A stretch of 64,000 nucleotides of DNA from assembly GCA_034226945.1 (NCBI GenBank), contig CP120464.1:310001-374000 (forward strand), read 5' to 3'. The translations under genes were made by a program, and so were the position numbers. Below, piece after piece: positions 14,377-26,700 of the stretch. Below the pieces are notes generated by a model. It had not been told where the DNA came from and searched no databases. It saw only the letters and a program-made list of their open reading frames with translations. Position 1 is the stretch's first letter. Each line of letters starts with the position of its first letter. The DNA comes from Picochlorum sp. SENEW3 (Eukaryota).

Positions 14377-14425
14377 CGTAAAATTCCTATATTGTAGGGG
14401 AAAAAGGGATTGAGAACAGATAGTA

Positions 14426-16122
14426 TCAAATCCTATTATGTAGAGATTCGTTTGTTGATTTGAATGTAGGCATCATAGATGGGTCTTTTGGCAATGGGTG
14501 CTCCTTGAACCATGGATGGTTTAGTGCTTCGTCTGCTGATATCCTCTTATCCTGCATCAGAATTCATTTGCAACATCCATCAGATTGCTGGTTATTATTT
14601 GTACACACGTGGGAATCCACATCCTTTGCATACAAGAAAAACGTACCGGATTCAATGCAAGGAGCTTATACAGTAGATCAATACCACTGTGTCCAATATC
14701 TGAAAGTGGGCCATAATCCTCTGTGGGACTTGAAAACAGGCTCATCAATTGACCATGCGAATTATTCCCTCGCTTTTTAATTGCTATTCTATCCCATAAT
14801 GCAAACGACTTGAATCTTTGAACGTCTTCCTCACTAGGATATCCTACCATGGCAAAAATTAGGCCTAGTTGCTCCATGTCAGTCTTGCCGGGTATCAGAG
14901 GTTTTTTCAACAGTAATTCGCCCATAATACACCCAACAGACCATATATCAACTGGAGTTGAGTACATACGTTCTCCTAGCAAGAGCTCGGGGGCTCTGTA
15001 CCATAGAGTGACAACTAATTGAGTATACTCTCTAGGGAATGAACTATACAAACGCGCAAGACCAAAGTCGCAAATCTTTAGCTGCCCTTTATTGGTATAC
15101 AAAATATTTGCAGTTTTCAGATCCCTATGGATCACCCAGCTTTCATGCAAATATGCAACACCAGCAAGCAATTGAAGCATGAGGCACTTGACCTCTGCAA
15201 CAGTGAAGGGTTTTCTCATTCTCTTCTCCATCACTGACCTCAAATCATGATCGGCATACTCCATTACTAGGAACACGTTGTCGTTTCTTGGATCGCTCTG
15301 TTTAGATCCCACCACAACCTCGGATACATTCACAATGTTTGGGTGTTCCAGAGCCAACAAGACATTTATTTCCCTCACATAGGTCAGGGGGAAACCACTT
15401 TTCTCTTGTTCCAATTTCATGCGCTTTAGAGCGCAAATCCTACCAGTTTCTCTCTCTTTAGCTCTATATACAACACCATATGTCCCTTCCGATATTCTGT
15501 TTAGTTTTTCGTATCTCTCCACACTCCTACATCCTTTCATCATGCTCACCTCATGCTTGAATGGTACCACCTCTTCACTATATTCCTGTGTCCGGCTCTC
15601 CGGAATACACTCTTCTTTTCCTCCTTCTATTTCTTCTTCTTCTTCCTGCGAAGAAACTTCTGGATACGCCATCACCTCTCCACCTTCTGCAGGCATGGGC
15701 ATGGGCCCAGCAACAGCAGTAGAAGGGAGCTCTGAAGGCACAGGACCTGCAGCAACCTGTGGACCGTCCTCATCAGACTCCAACTCTTTCAAGTCCTTCT
15801 CAACATCAAATTCTTTCGTCCCATTCTCTATCGCATCAGCAGCACAAGGCCTTTCATCCATTCCAATACCTCCATCTTCTCTGACTAAATCCCCAGCCTC
15901 TTCCTCACCAACTCTTGCCTCTTGAAACTTGAGAATCTCAGCATGGGCAGTCTCTGCCATCTTACTTTGAAAACTCCCACCATGACTGACGTTGCCTCTC
16001 GTCTCCTTCCCACTATCAACCAATTTCCTCTTCTTCTTCTCTCTCTCCAAAGCCTTCTTCTTCTCAAGCCTGAGAGCTTCACGCAGCACTGGATTCAAAC
16101 GACCCGACATTTTCACTAACAT
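14426..16122 (-). CDS. Cyclin-dependent kinase CDK11/CDKG-like (PITSLRE group), last intron about 14552-14646
   Basis: [51 protein letters not shown]; terminal exon [30 protein letters not shown] read manually. Confidence 0.9.
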
Positions 16123-16516
16123 ACATATATAAAGTCACCGGTAGCAAAGATCGATATTCCACTGCGACAAGCGGAGAGATCATTGGTTTGCAACACGACG
16201 CGACAAACTTCCTTCATTCAATCAATGCGACGTGAATACATTCTTAGAAATCCTTTTTATCATTATGCATATCAATGCCCTGCCCATTTTCAAGTCTCAT
16301 ACTTTCTCAAATGTTTAAATGTTCCATTTACGATCCCAACCAGCGCCATGGCGCGTCTCCCAATAAATTTAATGGCCAACCCTCGTTCTGTAACCCATGC
16401 GTGAAAATAAAATCCGTTCTATTAGGATTCCTTTCTTGTATTCGTAGGTGTGTACTCAAGCAGACCAAGTAAAGCGTACTCAGCGGAACAAGAAGAGGAA
16501 CTGTATATCGATCACG

Positions 16517-18489
16517 ATGGCGATTGATCCATCGGATAATCTATATCCCATTGCTCTATTAATGTACGTCAGGGGGACTGTGGTGGTGGGCGGTGTCGTG
16601 TATACGGGAGGGGGTTATGTATCAAAGAAATGCAACGTGCTCATTGTTTTCCTTGAAGACGCGAATGTCATGTCTCGGTCGTGTCATAGTTTGACTTTAT
16701 TTTTCAACATGCAGAGATGAGCTGAAGAACGACGATGTATCGCGTCGTTTAAATTCGGTGAGACGTTTGGAGACCATAGCTCGTGCTTTGGGCGAAGAGC
16801 GCACCCGACAGGAATTGATTCCGTTTTTGGAAGAAAACCATGATGATGATGACGAATTTTTGCTGGTTTTGGCGGAAGAGTTGGGAAAGTTCGTCCCTCT
16901 TGTGGGAGGAGCAGAGTATGCCCAAACACTTTTTCCAGTCTTGGAGACTCTGGCAAGCGTCGATGAGACTGTCGTGAGGAACAAAGCAAGCGAGAGCTTA
17001 GTAACTATTGCTGATGCGATGTCATTTGAAAAACTCAAGGAGTATTTTCTGCCACTGATTGAGAGTCTGTTAGGGAAGGAATGGACTGCTCGTGTGTCTG
17101 CAACACAGTTGTTAGCAGCAGCATATGGCAAATCTCAGAAGGAAGACAAATCTCAAATACGGGCTTGGTTTTCTTCTTTGAGTAAAGATGAAACTCCAAT
17201 GGTGCGCAGGGCAAGCGCGCAAGCTCTTCCATCATTGATACGAGTTGTTGAGCCTGGTGTAGTGGAGGTGGAGCTGCTTCCTATGTTTCAGCGTTTGACA
17301 GAAGATGGTGCGTGCCCTACATGATACGATCTGATCTGATCATCCAATATATTTGATGTCATGATATCTTGATGCAGAACAAGACTCTGTCCGGTTGATT
17401 TCTGTCGAATCCTGTGGCGTTCTCGCCACAGTGTTGCGTGGGAAGAACTCTGTGAATGATATCATCGTCCCAGTGCTGCTTCGATTTGCGGGAGACCAAA
17501 GCTGGAGAGTCCGTCATCAATCTGCTTTACAGCTTCCTGATGTTACTGAATCAGCGAAAAAGAGTGTGGCTCATTCGCTTCTACTCCCAAGCTTTTTGTC
17601 CCTGCTACAAGACTCAGAGGCAGAGGTGCGAGCAGTAGCAGCATCTTGCGTCGCCAAATTTAGTGCTCTAGTATCAAAAGATGACATTGTGGCATCAATT
17701 ATACCTTGTTGTCAAGAACTGACATCAGACAGTAGTCAATACGTGAGAATATCATTGGCAGCTGTTGTGACAGAGCTGTCCCCTCTCGTGGGTAAAGATG
17801 TCACATCCAAGGAACTTTTGCCAATATTTTTAGAATTATTGAAAGACGAGTGCTCAGAAGCTCGTCTAGGAGTCATTGGAAAGCTTGATAGTGTCGGTAG
17901 TGTTGTCGGTGTCGATTTGCTCTCGAACAGCCTCATGCCGGCAATTGAAGAATTAGCAAAAGATGAACATTGGAGAGTGCGTTTGGCCATCATATCCCAC
18001 GTACCACTCCTCGCAGAGCAACTAGGCCCAGATTTTTTGAAGAACCAATTGGTCCCACAATGCATTGGTTGGCTCCAAGACAAGGTATGTGCCATCCGAG
18101 AAGCTGCTATAGAAACACTGGAAAAACTCACCATGCAGTTTGGCCCCTCTTGGGCTGAAGAGAATGTGGTGCCACCAATCCTGAGTACTCTAGAAAACAG
18201 CAACTACCTCTACAGAATCACAGGACTGCATACCATAGCCGCCTTGATACCCCACATGAAAAGCAATGCAAGCGTGGATTCCAAACTCATCCCAGCCATT
18301 GTCAAGTCAGCCCAGCAGGATCCAATACCAAATGTGCGATTCAATGCTGCCAAAGTCTTTGAGCAGATCTCTACATCCTTAGAGCCAACAGTGCTGACCA
18401 CAGTTGTGCAGCCTTGCTTGACAGAGATGAAGAACGATTCCGATTCTGATGTACGCTTTTTCGCCGCGAGGGGATTGCAATCCATGTAA
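16517..18489 (+). CDS. PP2AA: PP2A scaffold subunit A (HEAT repeats), 3 exons
   Basis: LYPIALLIDELKNDDV, ALGEERTRQELIPFL, DETPMVRRA, HWRVRLAII, PNVRFNAAK, DSDVRFFA. Confidence 0.95.
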
Positions 18490-18607
18490 CGCTCTGTAAA
18501 AAAAAATTCTTACACACACCCTTCATTGACAAATTATGTGGTGGAAGCCAACCAACAATTCATTGTATAAATATTATTTCGAGATTTGATACACAGAAAC
18601 AATCGCA

Positions 18608-19097
18608 ATGGGTGCGTGAACCAAACCTAAGATTGGAACCGCGTGTCTGATTTTCTCATCCCTTCACCACAAATGCTTCATCTGCCATCTATTACGATAA
18701 GACACGTGATAACCATATGTATAAAAGTACTATGAATTCATCCAAGTCACCTAACACTCGTTTGCTATCTGCAGGAGGAAAGGTTATTGCCATCAAGAAC
18801 AAATCAGAGTGGGATGCCACTCTTGCATCCAACGCAGGCAAAGCGATCGTTGTTGACTTTACAGCAACTTGGTGTGGGCCATGTCGCATTATTGCGCCAG
18901 AATTCGATCGCTTGAGCGAGGAATACCCCAATGTCGTCTTCCTCAAGGTGGATGTGGATGAAGTAGAGGCTGTTGCCGCAGCTTGCGGTATCAGTGCCAT
19001 GCCAACCTTCCAAGTCTGGAAGAATGGAGCAAAGGTTGATGAACTTGTGGGTGCATCTAAGGATAAACTGAAGGAACTCGTCGCCAAGAATGCATAA
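18608..19097 (+). CDS. TRXh: Cytosolic thioredoxin h
   Basis: DFTATWCGPC, AMPTF; inferred ATG-G micro-exon at 18608 spliced (intron about 18612-18774) to give MGGKVIAIK. Confidence 0.9.
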
Positions 19098-19619
19098 ATA
19101 CATGTTTCTTGTCTTTCACCACCATGACAAATACTTGCCCTACAAGGCAGTTGTTGATGGTTGATATTGTTTATATCTTTATGATGGCCACAAGCAGTTG
19201 TAACAACAGCACTGTTACGTCTATTATACTCGCTATTCATGACGACCCTATACTATGTATAGATGCAAAGATCCTCGTTGCAGATGGATGAGGAAGACGG
19301 ACAGTTAGATCCGACGCATGCATCGACAGAGAACATTCCTAAATGTTTAAACAATACTTTTTCTTCTAGTAAAACGACGAGCGAAGAAGAAGGCGATAGG
19401 TACGGGGCTTGTTTCTTCATTCCACGTCCGTGATACCTCGAAGCATGTGAATATCTCCTTGGGATATCTGTGGACTGCCATTAAATAGTGAATTTAAACA
19501 CTAAAGTATCTGTATTCGTCTGCTGAATGCGTGCAGGAGTCGACCGTGAACCGTTCGTGTGTTCATTCTTTTGTTCTCTCGCGGACATTTCTTTCCGAGT
19601 CCAGGTTCCTTAGACAGAC

Positions 19620-19811
19620 ATGATACCTGCGTGGGTGGAAGCTGTTGTCCCCCTTGGTCTCATCACAGTCATGGTGACAGCTATGGGTGGTCTTCAGGAT
19701 GGCGTCCATCGGTTGTACTATGGAAAACCAAAGTTGGTGGGAGGGGATGCGTTTGATACCAGATTGGCAAAGCGGGATGATTCTTTACCGTCTGATTCCA
19801 ATACCAAGTAG
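19620..19811 (+). CDS. NDUFA1: Complex I subunit NDUFA1 (MWFE)
   Basis: 63 aa, WVEAVVPLGLI..M + TM + GKPK.VG.D.FD..LAKRD pattern; probable 5'UTR intron about 19400-19536. Confidence 0.8.
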   Translation: MIPAWVEAVVPLGLITVMVTAMGGLQDGVHRLYYGKPKLVGGDAFDTRLAKRDDSLPSDSNTK

Positions 19812-19840
19812 ATATATCAATAATTATTGTAATACGAATA

Positions 19841-20754
19841 ATGTCATTGGGCGGTGTTGTTGTTGGACATGTCAACAGCAATCTTCGAAGTGCAGCGCAT
19901 TCCTGCGTTGGTCGATTCCGATGCCATGTGTATATGAATAGAAATAGATGGTCTAGTGGGTTGACACGGCATTGGTCATGTGGCGTACGGGACAGGGTCG
20001 TATCAAGTATTGATGGGTCCACCAATGCGGGGAGGATTCGGACTGCCACATCTAGTGTGGCGATCGATTTCAGTAGTTTTGGGTCTTCTCCATTGGTTCC
20101 TTCCGATCCAGCCTTGCCTATCGTGATTAGTGGGCCCAGTGGCGTGGGAAAGGATGCAGTGATTCGTCGACTGCAAGAGAAGAGACCTGACTTGTATTTT
20201 GTTGTCACAGCAACGTCAAGGGCGATGAGGCCTGGAGAGAAGGATGGTGTGGACTACTTTTTCGTGACGAAGGAGACGTTTGAACGCTGGATAGAGGAGG
20301 GCAGGTTGTTGGAGCATGCTGTTGTGTATGGGGAATATAAGGGGATACCTAGACAGCAGGTGGAGGAGGCATTGGAAAACAAGACAGATGTGATATTGCG
20401 GGTTGATGTACAAGGTGCAGCTACAATGAGGAAATTGTTACCCGATATGGTGTCTATATTTTTGGTGGCTGAGACGGAGCAAGAGCTTGTGCAGCGGCTG
20501 GTTGATAGGAAGACTGAGCCACCTGTACGTTTTTCATTCACCTTTCATGATTTCATGTCTTTCTCTCGATTCAGTCTAATATCTTTATGTAGGAAAAGAT
20601 GAAGATTCGAGTAGAGACGGCGAGAGAAGAGATTTCTCACCTTGGAGAGTTTGATTATGTTGTCGTCAACAGAGATGGTCAGATGGAAAAGACAGTAGAG
20701 GTTATAGAATCGATTATACTGGCCGAGAAACATGCTGTTTCTAGGAGGCTGTAA
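19841..20754 (+). CDS. Organellar guanylate kinase, 2 exons (intron 20525-20592)
   Basis: ISGPSGVGKD P-loop, TSRAMRPGEKDGVDYFF, VDVQGA; second exon EKMKIRVETAREEISHLGEFDYVVVN...SRRL* read manually; start codon uncertain. Confidence 0.9.
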
Positions 20755-21556
20755 TCATTATTTCACCACTCCACGACTCTCCAGGTTTCAACGTCACCAA
20801 GCCTGATCCTGCCTGCGCGGCTTCCGCACACACAAAATCCTTCCATTCATCATCATCCAAATCCTTCATGGACTTGGACTTGTCTATATACGGATTCCAC
20901 ACGACGACGTCACGTAAAGACTCTGACTGCGTCATGCGACTCGTTCTATTTTCCCCATCCATTAGAGTTAATGATGATGGGGAGTTGAGATAAATGCGGT
21001 CAACTTCTTCTTTCCCAAACCTGATGTCCTCTCCATCCTCCACACGTTCCTCTCGATCGGAGAGAGAGTCCAAGTACCTACAGTTCTGCAACCCTATCAA
21101 CCTCGCTTGATCTACGTGTTGAACCCTGAAATATGTATGAAATGCAAAACTGAACTCGAATGGCACATTCTCTTCCTCATTGACCACGTCGACCTTCTGA
21201 ACTAACGCATCGCCTTTGATTTCCACACAAATGCGTAAGACAAATTTATAAGGAAACTCCTCATGCTGTATATCGACACCTCTGAGGACCAACACGACTG
21301 AAGAAGCACTTTTGCTCTCAACTTTGAAAGTTGAATTCCTGGCAAATCCATGCTGTCTACAAGGACCAAAGTCGCTAAACTGAGGGAAACAGATTGGTAT
21401 ACCACCTCGAATTGCTTTCGGTGGTTCGAATATGGCCTTTCGTGAGACGAACAGGACCTCTTTATCCCGAGAGACAAAAGAGACAACGTGAGCTCCGTGG
21501 GTTGTGACCTCCGCAGAGGCACCCGTGTCTTCAGAGACCAATCGTATCCTCTCCAT
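20741..21556 (-). CDS. Glucose-6-phosphate 1-epimerase (aldose 1-epimerase family)
   Basis: KAIRGGIPICFPQF, QHGFARN, FAFHTYF, DVVVWNP, FVCAE. Confidence 0.9.
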   Translation of the reverse strand: MERIRLVSEDTGASAEVTTHGAHVVSFVSRDKEVLFVSRKAIFEPPKAIRGGIPICFPQFSDFGPCRQHGFARNSTFKVESKSASSVVLVLRGVDIQHEEFPYKFVLRICVEIKGDALVQKVDVVNEEENVPFEFSFAFHTYFRVQHVDQARLIGLQNCRYLDSLSDREERVEDGEDIRFGKEEVDRIYLNSPSSLTLMDGENRTSRMTQSESLRDVVVWNPYIDKSKSMKDLDDDEWKDFVCAEAAQAGSGLVTLKPGESWSGEIMITAS

Positions 21557-21774
21557 GGATGCTGATCATGTAACACTGGATGTCTTCATACGAATAGTAT
21601 ATTGGCGATGATGATCGTATTTTCAATTGCAAACAAAAAAAAAAGAACAACAGAAAAGTTCTTGAATAGAATATTAATAAAATGCACACCCGGCCATGAT
21701 CTTATAGGACATGACGTATCCATCCATGTCTGCATACATCAGATATACAACCAAAATTCAAGGAGTACACAACC

Positions 21775-22029
21775 ATGATGCGTCAAGGTGTGCGTGAAGC
21801 TCTTCGCCAGGGAAGGCGTGTGCTTTCGTCTTCTGAGCGAGGGTATCACTCCTCTCGTCCAGCAAAGATGGGTGGATATGATTATGAACATGCTACACAT
21901 ATGTATAATTTGGACAGGATGTCGAACCCTGGGTTGAAGTTTGGTTTGGGAATCGCTGGGGGTGTCATTCTCGGGGTTGCAGTCCCCTTGATTGCTGTGC
22001 AATGGCAGCAGAAGAAGGCTCAGGGATGA
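21775..22029 (+). CDS. Small single-TM mitochondrial protein, possibly cytochrome c oxidase subunit VIIc-like
   Basis: Arg-rich presequence ending RGYHSS, one TM helix ending GVAVPLIAVQWQQKK resembling COX7c/Cox8 C-termini; TGTAA at about 22066. Confidence 0.5.
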   Translation: MMRQGVREALRQGRRVLSSSERGYHSSRPAKMGGYDYEHATHMYNLDRMSNPGLKFGLGIAGGVILGVAVPLIAVQWQQKKAQG

Positions 22030-22121
22030 TTTTTATGCTTTTCATGGATCTATTTTGCAACATCATGTAACATTACGACCAATACTGTCGACACCACGAG
22101 AATGGTGGTGGCAAAGCTCAC

Positions 22122-22672
22122 TTAGTGAGAACTGTTCACCATGATTCCTTCCGTCTTGGCCATGATGAGATTTTGGACTTGGTTCAGAGTCTTGGCATGT
22201 TCCAAATCTGCATGAGTAGTCATATGAATCTTGGTGCGGGTCTCATCGTTGTTGTACGAGGAGCAATGTACCATTATTTTGCTGAAGAAAAATTTGTAAT
22301 AATAGGCTGTGAGTATTCAATATCTACCTACCTGCAATGCTACTCACAGACGAATAATCCCCCGACATGATGATCAGAGAAGGAATGCTAGAAATTCGAA
22401 TCTCGGGATGACCTGTACCTGTCCGTGCTGGATGGAGAGGGTCTTTCCATTCTGCAATGGAGCCCACATCTACAAGCACGACATCATGGTGTCCCCTGAG
22501 CGCCTCTATGACATGGGGGACATTCCTCGTGCAGTCTGGGCACCATTCAGATGTGAAGACTACTGCACGTGGATGCTGCTGACGTGCACCACATGGTATC
22601 GTCTGACTGAAAAACGTCTGATATGGAATATGAAAAGACATTGTCTGCTTTATGAATAGTATCAGATACCAT
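22122..22672 (-). CDS. Thioredoxin-related protein TRP14/TXNDC17 (Clot)-like, multi-exon
   Basis: WCPDC active site, VDVG...WKDP.HP.R, IPSL; terminal exon ending about 22122; 5' end uncertain. Confidence 0.7.
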
Positions 22673-22743
22673 ACAAGCGGCCTGAAATATTACTATCGAA
22701 ATTATTTATTTATATTTCATGTATTATAACAGTGCTGCGAGTA

Positions 22744-23741
22744 ATGGGATGGTTGAATTTGAGCTCTCTGCGGAATTTGTTTGCAAACAGGAGCACGACT
22801 CGTCTGCTCGGCATGACGGAGAGGCAGTTTCAAGAGTGGGTGGACCTGCATAGGTTGTACTTGGCGCTGGCATATCACGATGAGAGGGATGATGTCCATG
22901 CAGAAGAAGATCCAACTGAGACATTGACTGAAGAAGCGGCATCCAAGAGTATCGAGGTAGGAGGAGATGATGTGTATATATTTTTTGTGTCCTTGCTCCT
23001 TCAGTCATTGAGAGGGTGTGAGACTGTGTGCAGGAGCTCAGGAGCTCTGTGATGGATCTGGCAAGAAGACAAGTGGAAGATATGATGGCGGATGAAAATT
23101 GTTCACGCGGGGCATGTTCGGTGCGGGTAGATCTGTCAGGGATAGATGGGGCTGGAGATGGGGTCTGGTTGGATGGAGTGGCTCAGGTGGGACAAGTCGT
23201 AGCACTTTTTCCGGGACTGATCTATGGACCCAAACAAGTGCGAGATATTCCTGGATATCCTAGTTTTGGATCGCAAAGTGATTTCCTGATGTCCCGGTTT
23301 GATGGTTATATGATAGATTCACGTGCGTGGATGTTCCATGTGGATGGGAACATGGAAGGATACAATGCTATGAGGAAGCGCACGGGTCGGTCGCTAGAGG
23401 ATGCTGCTTCACAAAATGGTACACAAAATTTCTCTGAAGAGTCCCTGACGAATGCCTGGGCCGTCGGGCATATGGTGAATCATCCAACGAGGGACGGTAG
23501 TCCAAATATTATGCCAGTTCCAGTGAATTGGACCACCTGTGATCACCGGTTGGATGCGTGTTTGCCATGGGCACTGTTTTCATCTGGAAAAACGCTAAAA
23601 GGTCTTGCGTTTGTAGCGAAAAGGCATATAGAGGACGAAGAACTCTTTGTTGATTATCGTTTAAATCCTGGCGTCATTGGTGGAGTACCAGAGTGGTACC
23701 ATCATGTTGACCAATCTGAGGATGTGCGGCGATGGAGTTGA
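22744..23741 (+). CDS. SETD9/C5orf35-like SET-domain protein, 2 exons
   Basis: S.I.GAG.GV, GQVVALFPG, AVGHMVNHP...PN, A.R.I.DEELFVDYR SET motifs; intron about 22957-23033. Confidence 0.7.
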
Positions 23742-23757
23742 TTACATTTCTTTATTG

Positions 23758-26700
23758 CTATAAGGAACGCCAAAATTTGTCAAACACCGCATTTTGGCCC
23801 TTCTTAGACTCTAAACCCTGAGATAAGTCCACCTCATCTTCATGCTGGGGTGCTTTGCCCCCCTCAGGCACTACAGGCTCCTCGATGATGGCTGGGAACA
23901 TGCCGGATTTTGATCTACTTGCTGAGCGACTATCTGGTGTCATATTTTGAGGCTGCTTCGGAGGGACATACGAGCCATTTTCGTAGCCTAAAGGATCACT
24001 CTTACCGGAGACTGAATCTAAGTCCCTGCCATCAATTTGGCTGCCATTGACAAAGTACTGTCCTTTTCCATCAGTATACATCTGTTGACTTGTGCTCGTA
24101 TCGCTCGCACTATAGGCCAAACTTTCACTCCTGCTAACAGATGACCTAGATCTGCGCCTCCTCTTGCTCTTTCTGGGAGATGGTGCACCGCATTTGCATG
24201 CTGGGCATACCACTTCTGAGAAGGCGTGGATGATAATGAGTACTCTGTTGATTAGGTATGATAGCATTCCTAATCCCTGAATGACTATCAAAACAATACA
24301 GAAAGTATCCATTGATGAAAAGTCTTCTTTTCCTATGCCCACCACCAGACCAAGGAGGATTCCAAAGATGGCAATGTCTAAAAAGGCCACCCAGTACTCA
24401 AGCGCCATTTCATCTCGCCTTGAGTAAGGTACAGCAAATCTCAAATAACACAGATATAGGACGGAGATTCCCAAACAAGATCCAGCCTGGGCTGCTGGCC
24501 AATCTCCCAAGGCACCAATCAGCACTCCGTATATGCACATTCTGCTGAATGACACGATTGTGCCATATGCCTGATAGTTTGATCGTCTCCAATTGCTTCC
24601 ACAGCAATGACACATGGGCTTCTCTTCAACACTTGTTACCTTTTTGCGAGAGGACGAACGTCTAGGCATCATCATACCAGACTCAGATATAGTATTGGCA
24701 CCACTTTGCGATGAATGATCTGATGCTGCAGAATGCACATGCCTTAATGATATATTGGGACTCGATTCAACCTTTTTCCGTTGAAAGAGAGGTCCTGCAT
24801 GATAATTTATCAAAATAAGAAAGAAAGAAAGGAATAAGCATGAAAGTAACAAATGACATACCTCTGCAATCCTCAAATAGTGGTCCCCATCTAAAGACAA
24901 ATTCATTCTTCTTGGACGGATCTGTTGGCCTCCATTTCCCGCGATTCAAACTCATACCCATCCATTTAGAGATGACACTTTTGTCCCATTTTGTCACCTC
25001 GCCGTCGTCTGCATTGCTAGCAGATCTACTGCTGAGCAAGTACACTGCCTTCCGCTTTCTGTATAGTGCAGCAGCTATACCAATGAAAGATGCCAGGAGG
25101 AATAGAGCAGGATAGAAGACAACGACGACTATTCCCACGACAGTAGCGACGATCCCACCCCCAGCAGAGAATAAATCAGCGCTTGCGAATGAGAATCCTG
25201 TCAGAGAAAACAGCACAACCATCAACAACATCCTGGGCATGTAAAGGACACCAGGTACTTCGCCTTCGCAGCATTTCACCAGCATGAATGCTGATCCATT
25301 TAACAGAAGCACAGCAGCAAGCAGGCACGCAAACCAGAATGCCGCCCTTTCTAGGCGATCATAGTCATTTGATGACTGACCACCAGCTTCACCTCGTGTA
25401 GCTGATTGCACTAAAAACTGTGCCCGCTCACCAGCATCCTCACCAGAGATTACAACAAGGGCCTGCATTCGATTTCAGGGGAAATTATCAACAATGCTTA
25501 CTTCTACAGGATTTGCATTTACCGTTAGATGTGCAACTTACCTGGGTAGTACTGTTTGAGAAAGGATCATTATATGAGATTGCTCGGAAGCGGATATTTT
25601 CCTGGCCAACTCCACTTGTTTGACCGATGGAGCCAATCTGCAATAATACCCTTTCAGTCAGCAACTTCCTGTTTCCTTTGTTGTTATTGTTGTTGGTGTT
25701 CTTGTCGTCCTCGTTGTTCTTGTTGTTGTTCTTATTGTCCTCATTCTTGCCACTCTCCAGCTGATCTATTTTGATTGGAGTGACTCCGTTCCTGTTGGCA
25801 GTTCCTGAGACGCAGCATGTTCTGTCGTCCAGCTTAACCCATCCTGTCGCTCCTTTCAGATAGCACTTATTGTCAACGAAGGAAAAAGTCCACACGACAC
25901 ATTTTGGATCGGCGAGGCATGCATTACAACACTCCTGTGGATCCCCTTTAAATGGCTTGCTACTCTCCAGGTCTCCTCCAAAGAAATCTGTGCTCTCAAA
26001 TACGCTACAACTGTCTTGTCCAGGAGTAACGGCAGGAGTCTCTGGTTCTGCTGGATTAGTGGCAATTGGAGTCGCCGGTGTCTGTGCAGGTGTTTGTGGG
26101 GCCACTGGTGTGGGTTCACGTTGTGGTTGTGGTTGTGGTTGTGGCTCAGGCTGTGGCTGTGGCTGTGGCTGTGGCTCTGGCTGTGGCTTGGATTCGGCTT
26201 CAGGTGTAGCTTGCGCAACTGGAGGGGGTGGTGATGGCAGTGGTGAAGGTGGATTAGAAAGACTTGTATCTGTGGTATAATCAACATATCTGAGATCCTT
26301 TGAATCGAGGATAACGATCGACCCATCCTGGAAAATAAGATCATTATTTTCAGTTATATTTGCTGGCAGTCCGTAATCCTGAGAGCCCCAGTTCCATGGC
26401 AAAGGAGCTTGGAAATTAGCCCAAGCAAATACATCTGTCATTGTCTTGTAATTGGCAGGCATTACTTCTGTGCTGATCATTCCAGATAGATAAAATCTCT
26501 GAGCCCACAGCGCAAAACCAAGGGCACCATACCCCAAAGAACCAGCGGTCGCCCAAGGTTGAACACTTGACACCAAAAATGATGTAAACATGGACAGCAA
26601 CAGGACAGCAGCAAACGCAGCGGTAAGAACAATAGCAGCTTGCTGATAGGCACCATTACCAGGTTTATACTGCACTTTAATTTCAGACCCTTTGTTCGGA

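Noticed and set aside
19443..19530. Possible C/D snoRNA in the NDUFA1 5'UTR intron (GCAT...CTGA ATGC, with a segment resembling antisense to LSU rRNA)
   Set aside because: C box is poor (GTGAATA) and the apparent complementarity is short and interrupted; cannot be supported without a search
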